NCBI GenBank assembly: GCA_022703585.1
Contig: JAKLDJ010000002.1
Span: 155,413-219,412 of the forward strand
Direction of reading: 5' to 3'
Source: Candidatus Omnitrophota bacterium
Lineage (GTDB): Bacteria; Omnitrophota; Gorgyraeia; Zapsychrales; JAKLDJ01
Length of the DNA stretch: 64,000 bases
This document shows positions 30,142 to 40,317 of this stretch, in pieces. How positions within the stretch are numbered: position 1 is the first letter of the stretch; each line of letters begins with the position of its first letter. The notes under the pieces were generated by a model. It was not told where the DNA came from and did no database searches. It saw only the letters and a list, made by a program, of their open reading frames with translations. Position numbers and translations under genes: made by a program.

Positions 30142-31971
30142 TTACATCTTAAACTGGGTCTCATACAGACGCTGGTAAAGGCTGCAGGAAGCCATCAAAT
30201 CCTCATGCTTGCCTAACCCGACTATTTTACCTCCTTCAAGCACTACGATTTTTGTGGCTTTTTTGATAGTAGATAACCGATGGGCGATGCAGATAACCGT
30301 CCTGCCCTCCATAAGTTCATCCAGAGCCTCCTGGACAAAACGCTCCGACTCAGAGTCAAGCTGCGAAGTCGCCTCATCCAAAATAAGGATGGGCGGATTC
30401 TTTAATATTGCCCGGGCAATGGCAATGCGCTGCTTTTCTCCTCCTGAAAGCCGAAAACCCCTGTCGCCGATACGGGTATTGTATCCGTCAGGCATGTTCA
30501 TGATAAATAAGTGAGCAAAGGCCTTTTGGGCGGCTGACTCAATTTCTGTCATTGAGGCCTCTAAATTCCCGTAGGCGATATTGGCTCTTACCGTGTCATT
30601 AAACAGAATAGTTTCTTGGGTCACTAACCCCATCTGGCCGCGCAGCGATTTAAACGAGACCTCTTTTAAATCAATGCCGTCGATTGCAACACTACCGACT
30701 GACGGATCATAAAAACGGGGGACAAGATTAACTAACGTAGACTTTCCCGCTCCCGTGGGCCCGACAATAGCAACGAGATCGCCGACCTTAATTTCAAGAT
30801 TAATATCTTTGAGGACCTGGCCGGATTCGGTGTCATAGCCAAAATTCACCCCGCGGATGTCAATATTCTGACTGATAACCGGCAAATCCTGGGCATTCAC
30901 TTTCTCGACGACGCTTGGGCGAGAATCCAGGACTTCGTAAATCCTCTCGCTGGCCGCCAGGGCCTGCTGGTTAATCACGTGGACATTGGCTAATTTCTTT
31001 AGGGGGCTAATCAACGACATGGTGGAACCGAAGAAAAGCACAAAAACGCCGAACGAAATACGGCCGTTAATAACCTCGCTACCCATCCAATAACAGATGG
31101 CAACGCCGAAAAAAGCACCGATCAATTCGGTAATGGGCCCCAAGGCCAGATTGCGCTTGATGGATTTCATTTTCAGTTTATAAAAATCCTGGTTTTGTGA
31201 TTTAAACCGGTTCGATTCATATTTTTCCATGCAAAAAGCCTTAACGATGCGCACGCCCGAAATCGTCTCGATCAAAAGCGAATTGATATCGGCCATTTTT
31301 TCCTGGGAGCTGCGTGATATTTTCTTTAATCTCCTGCCAATGTATTTCATGGGAAGGGCAACGACAGGAAATAAGATAAGAACAACAATGGCCATTTTGG
31401 GAAGGGACATCTTAAAACAAACAAACATCACAAAAGAGGCAAATATAACGATTCGAAATGACTGATAGACAAGGTCCGTGACGCCATAGGAAACGGCATT
31501 TTCAACCACCTGCACATCATTGGTAATGCGGGCAATGAGCTCGCCGCTGCGCTTCTTGCTGAAGTAATCTAAGGAAAGGTTTTGTATGGTCTCATAAAGC
31601 CGGGAACGCATATCCCGCATAATGCGCTGGGAGGCATCGTTCATCAAATACCCGTACCAAAAACCGAAAAACCCTTTTAAAATAAACATAATGATAACAC
31701 CGACGATCATCCACTTTAAAAGGGTCATGGAATCGGTAGCGTTAATTTTCTCGATAATGGACGCCAAAAAGGCAGGGATTTTCCCGGGAACAATGATTTT
31801 ATTGTTGCTGAGGATTTTATCAGTCATCGGCACCAGCAAAGACAGCTGGAAACCGTCAAAGACAGCCGAGAGGAACATGCATAAAGTAGCCAGCCCCAGG
31901 ACTTTGGTATTACCCTTTAAAAACCGTAAAAGCTTGAGATAATTTTTCATGGATGCGGTGCATATTACCAT
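30142..31971 (-). CDS. msbA: ABC transporter, fused permease/ATPase (MsbA-like lipid A/lipid exporter)
   Basis: 609 aa; six N-terminal TM helices; Walker A GPTGAGKST and signature LSGGEKQRIAIARAIL. Confidence 0.8.
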   Translation of the reverse strand: MVICTASMKNYLKLLRFLKGNTKVLGLATLCMFLSAVFDGFQLSLLVPMTDKILSNNKIIVPGKIPAFLASIIEKINATDSMTLLKWMIVGVIIMFILKGFFGFWYGYLMNDASQRIMRDMRSRLYETIQNLSLDYFSKKRSGELIARITNDVQVVENAVSYGVTDLVYQSFRIVIFASFVMFVCFKMSLPKMAIVVLILFPVVALPMKYIGRRLKKISRSSQEKMADINSLLIETISGVRIVKAFCMEKYESNRFKSQNQDFYKLKMKSIKRNLALGPITELIGAFFGVAICYWMGSEVINGRISFGVFVLFFGSTMSLISPLKKLANVHVINQQALAASERIYEVLDSRPSVVEKVNAQDLPVISQNIDIRGVNFGYDTESGQVLKDINLEIKVGDLVAIVGPTGAGKSTLVNLVPRFYDPSVGSVAIDGIDLKEVSFKSLRGQMGLVTQETILFNDTVRANIAYGNLEASMTEIESAAQKAFAHLFIMNMPDGYNTRIGDRGFRLSGGEKQRIAIARAILKNPPILILDEATSQLDSESERFVQEALDELMEGRTVICIAHRLSTIKKATKIVVLEGGKIVGLGKHEDLMASCSLYQRLYETQFKM

Positions 31972-31976
31972 ACCGG

Positions 31977-32005
31977 TTGACTTTTGTCGAGCGATTTGTT
32001 ATAGT
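31977..32005 (+). promoter_or_regulatory. Candidate sigma70-type promoter for the Gfo/Idh/MocA-lpxB operon, divergent from msbA
   Basis: TTGACT, 17 nt spacer, TATAGT, ~45 nt upstream of the 32050 ATG. Confidence 0.4.
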
Positions 32006-32049
32006 GCACAACAAGTGTCATAAAATCATTAACCCAAAATTTAACAACT

Positions 32050-32982
32050 ATGGACAAAGTTAACGTCGCCGTCATCGGCATAGGCCACTTAGGTTCACGG
32101 CACCTTAAGGTTTACAGTGAACTAACCGACAAAGTCAATATTGCCGGTATCTGCGATATTAATCTGGAACGGACCGGGCACTTTATCCACCACTATAAGG
32201 TAAGCTTATTGAATGATTACCGGCACCTTTTAGGCAAGGTGGATGCTGTAAGTATCTGCGTACCTACGGTTAATCATTTCTCGGTGGCAAAGGAATTTTT
32301 AGAGCACGGCGCGCATGTCCTGGTTGAAAAACCCATTACCACCACCCTGAAAGAAGCCGACCAGCTCATTGCCATCGCCAAAAGAAAGAAACTCAAACTT
32401 CAGGTCGGGCATGTCGAGCGATTTAATTCCGCCTTCCAGGCCATCCAAGACACGGCTAAAAATCCGCTTTTTATCGAGTGTCACCGGCTGAATCTATTTC
32501 CCAACCGTTCTTTGGATATCGGGGTCGTCATGGACTTGATGATTCATGATATCGATATTGTCCTGGGGCTGGTGAATTCAAAAATCAGGGATATCAGCGC
32601 CGTTGGAGTCAAGGTGTTGACCAACCTAGAAGATATTGCCAATGTCCGGCTGGTATTTAAAAACGGCTGCGTCTGCAATCTTACCGCCAGCCGCGTTTCC
32701 GACGATGTCATGCGCAAAATCCGGATTTTCCTCAACGATACCTACATTTCTTTGGATTACGTCAAACAGGAGGCCTTCGTTTACAAAAAGAACGGACTCG
32801 CTATTTCCAAGAACGCCCTCCCTATCGAAAAAGAAGAGCCCCTAAAGAAAGAGCTTGAATCGTTTATCGATTGTATCCGCGAAGACAAGAAACCCATCGT
32901 CTCCGGAGTCGAAGGCAGACAAGCCCTCGAAATTGCCTTACAGATCAGCAAGAAAATATGGAAAAATCCCGCAAACATTTAA
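32050..32982 (+). CDS. Gfo/Idh/MocA family NAD(P)-dependent oxidoreductase; possible UDP-GlcNAc 3-dehydrogenase (GnnA-like) given its position directly upstream of lpxB
   Basis: 310 aa; N-terminal Rossmann VAVIGIGHLGSRHL. Confidence 0.8.
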   Translation: MDKVNVAVIGIGHLGSRHLKVYSELTDKVNIAGICDINLERTGHFIHHYKVSLLNDYRHLLGKVDAVSICVPTVNHFSVAKEFLEHGAHVLVEKPITTTLKEADQLIAIAKRKKLKLQVGHVERFNSAFQAIQDTAKNPLFIECHRLNLFPNRSLDIGVVMDLMIHDIDIVLGLVNSKIRDISAVGVKVLTNLEDIANVRLVFKNGCVCNLTASRVSDDVMRKIRIFLNDTYISLDYVKQEAFVYKKNGLAISKNALPIEKEEPLKKELESFIDCIREDKKPIVSGVEGRQALEIALQISKKIWKNPANI

Positions 32983-34097
32983 TCATCGTTGCCGGAGAAG
33001 CCTCCGGCGATATGCACGCCGCTTGCCTCGTACAAGAAATCAAATCTATCAATCCAAATATCCGTTTCTCGGGGTTAGGCGGCAAAAAGATGCAGGCTGC
33101 CGGCGTCGAGCTTTATGAAGATTTGACTAATCTGGCAGTCGTCGGATTCGTGGAAGTCTTTAAGCATATACGAGAGTTTAGAAGACTTTTTTATCTGATC
33201 CTTAAGAAAGCGCAAGAAACAAAAGCCGATGCCGTCATTTTAGTCGATTATCCCGGATTTAATTTAAGGCTGGCTCGGGAATTAAAAAAGCTCGGCATCA
33301 AGGTCATTTATTACATCAGCCCCCAGGTCTGGGCATGGAAAGAAAGCCGGGTTACGCTCATCAAGCAATGCACGGATAAAATGCTCGTCTTTTTTGAATT
33401 CGAGAAAGAATTTTATGCGCGCCGCGGTTTAAATGTGGATTTTGTGGGTCACCCGCTACTCGATTCCATCAAGGTCGAAACTTCGAGAGAAAACTTTTTA
33501 CAGTCAATCGGATTCTCTAAAGATAAACGAACAATCGCCGTTTTGGCCGGTTCGCGCCGCAAAGAAGTCGAACAACTCCTTCCTGTCATGCTGGCAGCCA
33601 GCCAAATCCTTTACACCAAAAACAATCAAATACAATTCCTGGTCTTAAAATCGCCGACAACCGATAAGAAAACCGTCGAAAAATTCGTCAATCAAAGTCG
33701 ATTGCCGGTAAAAATCATCGATGGCCAAACGTATGATGGAATTAACGCTTCGGATTTTTGTATGGTAGCGTCGGGAACAGCCACCTTGGAGACAGCCATT
33801 TTACAGAAACCGATGGTGGTGGTTTACAAAACTTCTTTTTTAACCTGGGTTTTAGCCAAGCTTTTCGTCAAGATACCCTGTATCGGATTGGTCAATGTGG
33901 TCGCAGGAAGAAAAATCGTTCCCGAATGCGTGCAGTTTGATGCGACAGCTGAAAAAATAGCCGAAAATGTAAGGGCCATTTTTGACGTCCCGTCAAAAAT
34001 GGCCCAGGTCAAATCCGACCTCGCCCGCGTTAAATCTTCCCTTGGCGCCCCCGGCGCCTCAGCCCGTGCCGCCGAGATTATTTCTCAAATAATATAA
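32958..34097 (+). CDS. lpxB: Lipid-A-disaccharide synthase
   Basis: 380 aa from the MEKSRKHLIIVAGEASGDMHAA start (the ORF track begins at an upstream in-frame ATG); GT19 N-terminal signature; overlaps the Gfo gene by 25 nt. Confidence 0.85.
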   Translation: MEKSRKHLIIVAGEASGDMHAACLVQEIKSINPNIRFSGLGGKKMQAAGVELYEDLTNLAVVGFVEVFKHIREFRRLFYLILKKAQETKADAVILVDYPGFNLRLARELKKLGIKVIYYISPQVWAWKESRVTLIKQCTDKMLVFFEFEKEFYARRGLNVDFVGHPLLDSIKVETSRENFLQSIGFSKDKRTIAVLAGSRRKEVEQLLPVMLAASQILYTKNNQIQFLVLKSPTTDKKTVEKFVNQSRLPVKIIDGQTYDGINASDFCMVASGTATLETAILQKPMVVVYKTSFLTWVLAKLFVKIPCIGLVNVVAGRKIVPECVQFDATAEKIAENVRAIFDVPSKMAQVKSDLARVKSSLGAPGASARAAEIISQII

Positions 34098-34122
34098 GCA
34101 ATAAAAAAATATATGGTATCCG

Positions 34123-37100
34123 TTAAGCCAAAAACACATCCATCCGCGAGGCTTTATTACTGCGAATGTTTTCGGCATGTTCCGAGAGAATAACAGCTGC
34201 GGAAATCGTGATTTCTTTCTGGTGCGGATAATGGATAACGATTCTTTCAATCACTGCCTTGCGAGCGCCAAAGGTATCCAGGCGCTTGGGATTATGGTAA
34301 ACCACTAAGGTCGAGCCTAAAAAGTTAAAGGCATAGGTATTTTTCGGTAAAACAATTTGTTGCCAACGGTTATTTTTATCGAAATACGCTGCGGCGGTTT
34401 CTTTTTTGGTAAATAACCATCCCGGCAAAACCGGCTTGAGGCTTAAAACAAGTTTCCCTTCTTTGTCCAGGTAAAAGGGGCGCTCGCCTGTGTTCATCAT
34501 CAGCCACAGGTGCACAAGTTCGGCGGTCGTTCCGCTTAATCGCGCCACAAAACCGCGCCCATGCAAATGAGAATCTTCATAAGCGCTGCTGACGAGAAAA
34601 GAAGAATTTTCCAGGATGCTGCGTCCGTAAGAATCCGCGTTCAAAAAAGGCACAAGCGTGGTCTTAAAATTCTCGTAAAACTCCTTATGAAGCCCGCAGC
34701 GCAAAAGCTCCAGGAGAAATTTGTATTCCATGTGGCTCCATATCGATTCATTCTCCAGCCACCCCGGCGGAAATATGCGTGCGCGTCCGATTTCTTCCGT
34801 CTCTTTTGACAGCGAAGCATTCACCTTGTACATTTTAAGCTTCTTATCAAAAATCGCACTTTTCTTAACGCCCTCATAAATCTTTGCGGCCTCGTTATGG
34901 CTTTTAGCAACCTTGAGCGCGTGGACAAACCCTTCCAAGAATAACGGCAAGGCGCGGCGCCTGAAATTGAGCGGCCGGATATACGGCAAACCCTGGGGAT
35001 TAACCCCCTCGAGCATTTCGTATTGCGTAACCTCGTGAACAAAATAGGTCACGTATAAACCGTTTTTGTCCTTCGCATGCGCGATGGCCTTGTCGGTTCG
35101 GTTGATCACTTCTTTAAGGAAATTTCTGACATTCGAAAGCGCTATAGTTTTTTCCCGGCCGCTGATCCCTTCTCTTATGCGAGAACGATAATTTTCCTTA
35201 AGGTCGTTAGATTTCTTCCAGAAAGAAACCGCATCATATTCGGCTGCGACGATTTCGCTTAAATCCAGGATAAAATCAAAAAGCTCTTCAAAAATCTTAA
35301 ATTCAAAATTATCGCTTAAGCCCAATTCTTCAAGCGCCTGCAATAAAAACACGCACAGCCTTTTAAGTTCAAATGTTTCCGCGGTCGAGGAACCGGTTAG
35401 GCCCGGCAGGCCGTTTAAGGCATCATACCAGCCCGGCTTGCCGGCCTCCATTTCAATCCCGATACCGCCGGGATCAAAAGAGGCGGCTTTGTTAGCGATG
35501 ATACAAAGAATCTTTCCGAAAAGATTCGTATAATAGACAGAACCGCTGCCACCTTCAGTTTTTAATTTGTTATTTTCGCCGTCTTTCCCGGCAGAAATCT
35601 TTCCTTTGGCAATAGAATGATACTGCCGCGGGCCATAGGAAGTCAAAACATACCGCTGGTCTCTCGGCAAAACATAATGAGCATTGTGATAAAAACTAAA
35701 AGCATTATTTTCCAGCAAAACCCGTCGTTTTTCTTCGGGATAGATACTAAAGAAACTCTCCAAAAGATCAAGATTATACGTCCAGTGGTCCACCCAGAAA
35801 CCATGGTCGTGCTCGGCCAGTTGATGTTTGCGGCAAAATGCCAGCACATGACACAGAAAATCTTTAGGTGATGCCGTCAGCTGAATTCCTTTTTGTTCAA
35901 TGTCCGACAGCAACTCTCCCGGAGAAAAATTGCCGGTTAGCAATTCACGCAGCTGTTCCAGATGTGCGGATTTAACGTAACCTTTTAATAATTCGCTAAG
36001 CTTCTGCGGTTCATCAAGACAAAACATCGTGCCTTTAGTCACCAAAGGATTGTATCCGTCGGCTTGAATAAGGCTGAAGAAATCGACTATGCTACTGTCC
36101 TTGACATCCTGGTTAAACCAGATATCGTTTCTCCGGTTTTGATTAACATCCCGATAGTTGCCATTGCCTTGAGAAAGATAGGTGGGCGCAAGGACAAAAT
36201 AATTGTAGTCTCTTTCCGGATCCCCATGCTTACGGCTGAAGACATTAAAGACAATTTTTCCGTCCCGGGTCTCCATCGAAATAGGCAGGCCGCCGCGCAA
36301 AACATTATCCAAGAATGTCTGCCCGCAGTACAAATCAAATTCCCGCGAGGAACTCGCCGTAAACACAAAATTCTTTATCTCATCGATAATTTCTTTATTG
36401 CGTTGCGCCTTTCCTTGAATGTACCCTTCTGCCAAACTATGATGAACGATGCTGTTCAAATGCTTTAGGCTGCGGATATTGCCGATCAGCGAGGTAATTT
36501 CTTTTTGTGCTCCGGCCTTTAAGCTAAACGCGGCAAGGCTCATCGCGCAGGGTGTTTTTTTACTGCTCGTCTGCTTTAAGGGGACTTTAAAATTCCTTTG
36601 CTCCAAGAAACCTTCCGGCAAGACAAGGTCGGAAGAACTGCCAAAAATACATGTCGGCCTCACAATAGGATCCAATAACTTTAGTTTCTTCCCCTCACGG
36701 CTAAAACTAAAATAGAAATTCCCTTCCGTAACATGCTCTACCCGGGGCGTATCGGAAATAGCAACTTTTAAATTATAATACGGCGCTTTATTTTCCAAAT
36801 TACTGACTTGATTCCACGCCTCCGCTGTTCGTGACATGTTTTTAAGCAGCCAGTCATTGTGCCCAAAAGGAATGATAGCCGGCATACCGTCAATGAGCTC
36901 ACAATTTAAGGATTTAGAGCGGGAAATATTTTTGACGGTAACGCACCGTACCAGCGCCGCATAGGATTCCTCGGGGAGCGTAAAATAGTTAACCCGCACC
37001 GAAATCCCCAGCGTTAAATTCGTCTCCTCTAAGGTGAGATCGTGCGAGGTAATGATCATTTTTTGCTGCAGCTTAAAGGCCTTATTGGGTAAATTATTCT

Positions 37101-37407
37101 GGAAGGGTTCGTAAAAGATTGTCTTGGCTCCCTGCTTAACCTTAATAAAAGTCCTAAAGCCGTGCAGCGAAGTCATCCGGTAGGCCTTGTTGGCCGGCTG
37201 AAACTCCATGATCGCTTTGTTTTTGCCTTCGATACCAAAACTGGTAATACCCTGGCCCCGATTGACATAAAAAACCCACATCGGGATGCCCCAAACCCCC
37301 GCGATGCCGGGAAAGAAATTGGTAAACAGCTTGGCGTGATTGTAGTTTTCGATAACAAACTCGCCCTCACTGCCTAAGGAATATTTGATAGTTTTATTCA
37401 CGTTCAT
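34123..37407 (-). CDS. Large soluble protein of unknown function; possibly glycoside hydrolase/phosphorylase-like
   Basis: 1094 aa uninterrupted ORF convergent with lpxB; no signal peptide; vague resemblance to GH94-type N-terminal beta-sandwich, not confirmed. Confidence 0.6.
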   Translation of the reverse strand: MNVNKTIKYSLGSEGEFVIENYNHAKLFTNFFPGIAGVWGIPMWVFYVNRGQGITSFGIEGKNKAIMEFQPANKAYRMTSLHGFRTFIKVKQGAKTIFYEPFQNNLPNKAFKLQQKMIITSHDLTLEETNLTLGISVRVNYFTLPEESYAALVRCVTVKNISRSKSLNCELIDGMPAIIPFGHNDWLLKNMSRTAEAWNQVSNLENKAPYYNLKVAISDTPRVEHVTEGNFYFSFSREGKKLKLLDPIVRPTCIFGSSSDLVLPEGFLEQRNFKVPLKQTSSKKTPCAMSLAAFSLKAGAQKEITSLIGNIRSLKHLNSIVHHSLAEGYIQGKAQRNKEIIDEIKNFVFTASSSREFDLYCGQTFLDNVLRGGLPISMETRDGKIVFNVFSRKHGDPERDYNYFVLAPTYLSQGNGNYRDVNQNRRNDIWFNQDVKDSSIVDFFSLIQADGYNPLVTKGTMFCLDEPQKLSELLKGYVKSAHLEQLRELLTGNFSPGELLSDIEQKGIQLTASPKDFLCHVLAFCRKHQLAEHDHGFWVDHWTYNLDLLESFFSIYPEEKRRVLLENNAFSFYHNAHYVLPRDQRYVLTSYGPRQYHSIAKGKISAGKDGENNKLKTEGGSGSVYYTNLFGKILCIIANKAASFDPGGIGIEMEAGKPGWYDALNGLPGLTGSSTAETFELKRLCVFLLQALEELGLSDNFEFKIFEELFDFILDLSEIVAAEYDAVSFWKKSNDLKENYRSRIREGISGREKTIALSNVRNFLKEVINRTDKAIAHAKDKNGLYVTYFVHEVTQYEMLEGVNPQGLPYIRPLNFRRRALPLFLEGFVHALKVAKSHNEAAKIYEGVKKSAIFDKKLKMYKVNASLSKETEEIGRARIFPPGWLENESIWSHMEYKFLLELLRCGLHKEFYENFKTTLVPFLNADSYGRSILENSSFLVSSAYEDSHLHGRGFVARLSGTTAELVHLWLMMNTGERPFYLDKEGKLVLSLKPVLPGWLFTKKETAAAYFDKNNRWQQIVLPKNTYAFNFLGSTLVVYHNPKRLDTFGARKAVIERIVIHYPHQKEITISAAVILSEHAENIRSNKASRMDVFLA

Positions 37408-37418
37408 AGAGACCTGTA

Positions 37419-38198
37419 TCAGTGGGAATTTTTCGACGCCCTTAAGATATTATAATACCCGGACAGCTTCAGCCAAAGCGATTCGTCATATTCTTTGTTG
37501 GTAAAACGGATGCGCTTAATCGCATAAAGATCGTCATTGAGCACATGAAGCCCACGGTTTGTGGTGCAGGCAGCCTTGTAGCCGGCATCACGCACAATAT
37601 TCTTTATTTCTTCGCTGAAGCCGCCGCTGGGATACGCGATATAATCAACCGCATGCCCTAATTTTTGCTCCATCAACTTCTTACTTTCGATAATCTGACG
37701 CCGCCCCATAACCTCCGATACTCCCGGCAAATAAGTATGATCGAGGGTATGACTACCGGCAGTAACGCCATGTTGTTCCATTTCTTTAAGCTGCTCCCAG
37801 GTCACATATCCCTGATCGCCGACTTCATCGGCAATAACAAAAATGGTGGCCGGAAAACTATATTCTTTTAAAACCGGAAAGGCATTGAGGTAATTATCGT
37901 CAAATCCGTCATCAAAGGTTATAACAACGCTCCGCGGAGGAGTTTTCTTTTTTTCGCGGATAGAGACGACCAGCTCATCAAGGCTAATAACATTATATCC
38001 GTGCTTTTTTAAATAATCCATGTGCTTGCGGAAATTCTTAAGGGTAACCGCCACCGTCCTATCGGGACGGGGATCGCCAACACTATGATACACCATGATC
38101 GGGGCAACATACCTGCCGGAAACCCAAAAGAAGAAATAGCCGAAGAAAACCGCAGCGGCCAGCGCTATAACCAGAAATATTCTTTTAAAACGTATCAT
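37419..38198 (-). CDS. Polysaccharide deacetylase (NodB-homology, CE4), membrane-anchored
   Basis: 259 aa; N-terminal TM; VITFDDGFDDNY and HTLDH motifs. Confidence 0.8.
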   Translation of the reverse strand: MIRFKRIFLVIALAAAVFFGYFFFWVSGRYVAPIMVYHSVGDPRPDRTVAVTLKNFRKHMDYLKKHGYNVISLDELVVSIREKKKTPPRSVVITFDDGFDDNYLNAFPVLKEYSFPATIFVIADEVGDQGYVTWEQLKEMEQHGVTAGSHTLDHTYLPGVSEVMGRRQIIESKKLMEQKLGHAVDYIAYPSGGFSEEIKNIVRDAGYKAACTTNRGLHVLNDDLYAIKRIRFTNKEYDESLWLKLSGYYNILRASKNSH

Positions 38199-38228
38199 TT
38201 GTTAACCCCAAAGAAATCAACCGCCAAC

Positions 38229-38681
38229 TCACATCTTCGACAGCGCCTCTTTGACCAAATTGCTGACCATAGTGTTATCTGCCTTGCCGGCCACCTGCGA
38301 CAGAATAACCTTCATCACCTTCCCCATATCCTTGATACCGGTTGCCCCCGCCTCTTTAACTGCCGCTTCAACAATAGTTTTCAATTCCCCCTCAGACATC
38401 TCTGAAGGTAAATAACTTTTAAGGATAGCCAATTCAGTTTTTTCTTTTTCGACCAGATCGCTCCGGCCGCCTTTTTCGAATTGCGCGATAGAATCCTGAC
38501 GCTGCTTGACCTGTTTCTTGACCACGGTGACAACGTCCGCATCAGCTAACTTCTCAGCCTTCTTCTCGATAGCCGCATATTTAAGCTGGGCACGCAAGAA
38601 ACTTAACGCGGAGACCTTTGCGGCCTCTTTACTTTTCATCGCTTCCTTATAATCCGCCGCTATTCTTTCTTCTAATAACAT
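38229..38681 (-). CDS. GatB/YqeY domain protein
   Basis: 150 aa; full-length YqeY similarity. Confidence 0.8.
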   Translation of the reverse strand: MLLEERIAADYKEAMKSKEAAKVSALSFLRAQLKYAAIEKKAEKLADADVVTVVKKQVKQRQDSIAQFEKGGRSDLVEKEKTELAILKSYLPSEMSEGELKTIVEAAVKEAGATGIKDMGKVMKVILSQVAGKADNTMVSNLVKEALSKM

Positions 38682-38701
38682 ACGGTCTCCTTTTTTAATC
38701 G

Positions 38702-38923
38702 CTAAATCCCTTCCACTGAGATTGTTTTATGTCTTGATTTCATTCCCCGGATAATCGCGATCCGGTTTTTAGAAACATTAAAATACTCCGACAGGAACTC
38801 AATCAATGCCTTGTTGGCCTTACCTTCCACGGGAGGAGCAGTCAAATAAACCTTGAACAACCCTTGCTCGTTTTTAAGAAAATTCTTCCTGGCGCCCGGA
38901 ATCACCTTTAGGTCGATTTGCAT
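38702..38923 (-). CDS. DUF167/YggU family protein (UPF0235)
   Basis: 73 aa; YggU-like pattern [16 protein letters not shown]...[13 protein letters not shown]. Confidence 0.75.
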   Translation of the reverse strand: MQIDLKVIPGARKNFLKNEQGLFKVYLTAPPVEGKANKALIEFLSEYFNVSKNRIAIIRGMKSRHKTISVEGI

Positions 38924-39072
38924 ATCATGCGTTTTATTTATTATGATAGATTATAACAAAACTTATCGAAAATAAAGAAAAAAAGCGAGGATTTGGCTAG
39001 ATTGAACTATTCTTTTAAATACTGCGGGATGGAGAACTCTCGGAAAGGCTTCAAGAAAGCGTTCCCCAAAAA

Positions 39073-40092
39073 CTATTCAACCAGAGAAACGTCAATCTTG
39101 AATTTCTTTTGAGGCTGAATCGGCGCTGCTGAAGAATTTACAATTTGCGAATCCTTGACAAGATAGCCGCGGTTTCCTTGCTCCAGCGCAATGCGGTCAC
39201 GTTCTTTTTGGGCGGCAACCATCGCCTCATGCGCCTTGCGTTTCAGGCTACTCATGTTGATCTTAATTTCACGCAGACGCTTACGGACGATTTTATTAAA
39301 AGACTTTCCCTCGTCTAAATTTGCCGCTTCGTTTTCGAAAGGCTTAAGCCTGTCCTTGAGGCGGCCAAGCTCCTGGGAAAGTTTTGTATTCTCATCCTGC
39401 AGCAGAACAATCTGGTTATCCAGGACCTGTTGGCGGGTATTTAAGGCCGTCACTTCATCCTGGAGCAGGGCATTTTGTTTCTGGGCTTCCTCTAATATTG
39501 TCTGTGTCTGCGCAAGGACAGTCCTGGTTTCAGTTAAATCCTTAGAAACTTTTGTATATAAACCGGCCTGGGTAGTAAAAGCAGCGGATAGCAAATTGCT
39601 GGACTTTTCGTAATTTTCACGGATCACGGTTTGTTGGATTAAGATAAAAGAGGTAACGGCTACCATCACAACGATTAAAATAATTCCGAATATGCTTTTC
39701 ATTTTTTCAATACCTTCTAATTTTATAATTGTACTTTGAACCTTTTCACGGAGTTTAACCAAGACATCTTGGGCGGGTTCGATAAATGCGATGCCGCACA
39801 GAAGCCGCGAGCCGTTTCGCCTAGACCAGACAATCCTTCCTAAAGACGGCAAGAAATCACAGGGGCTTGACAGGGCGGATTCGAAAGTCAGAACACCATT
39901 ATCGGAAAGCGTCGCATCCGTTCTCGATTCCAGCAGCATCCCGGAATCGCTGATATTGCGAATCTTGCCGGAACCGCTTATCCCCTGATCCTTAATATGC
40001 CAACTGATGGGTAATGATTCTTTGATGCGGAGGCTTTGCCTTTTTTCACAACGAACGGCGGGTTTCAAGCCTGATAGTGCTGCGATTGCCAT
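39073..40092 (-). CDS. PilZ-domain (c-di-GMP receptor-type) protein with central TM helix and long C-terminal coiled coil
   Basis: 339 aa; PilZ motifs RQSLR (RxxxR) and NISDSG (D/NxSxxG) in the first 60 aa; TM IFGIILIVVMVAVTSFILI; heptad-rich Q/L/E region. Confidence 0.7.
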   Translation of the reverse strand: MAIAALSGLKPAVRCEKRQSLRIKESLPISWHIKDQGISGSGKIRNISDSGMLLESRTDATLSDNGVLTFESALSSPCDFLPSLGRIVWSRRNGSRLLCGIAFIEPAQDVLVKLREKVQSTIIKLEGIEKMKSIFGIILIVVMVAVTSFILIQQTVIRENYEKSSNLLSAAFTTQAGLYTKVSKDLTETRTVLAQTQTILEEAQKQNALLQDEVTALNTRQQVLDNQIVLLQDENTKLSQELGRLKDRLKPFENEAANLDEGKSFNKIVRKRLREIKINMSSLKRKAHEAMVAAQKERDRIALEQGNRGYLVKDSQIVNSSAAPIQPQKKFKIDVSLVE

Positions 40093-40317
40093 TATTTCTC
40101 CTGATAATTCCTTGCTGAATTTCTAAAATAAAGATTTTACGACCCAAAAACCAAGGTAAGTATACTATGGCGATTTAAGAAAGACAAGGAAATTTTGACG
40201 GGGCGGACATCATCCCAAAAGCCCTTTGGGGAGCCTTGCGCTCCCTTCTTCTTGTTAACAAACAGTCTTCGGGAAGAAATTATCTTTAAATTCTTCAGAA
40301 ACAGATACAGCCGGACA

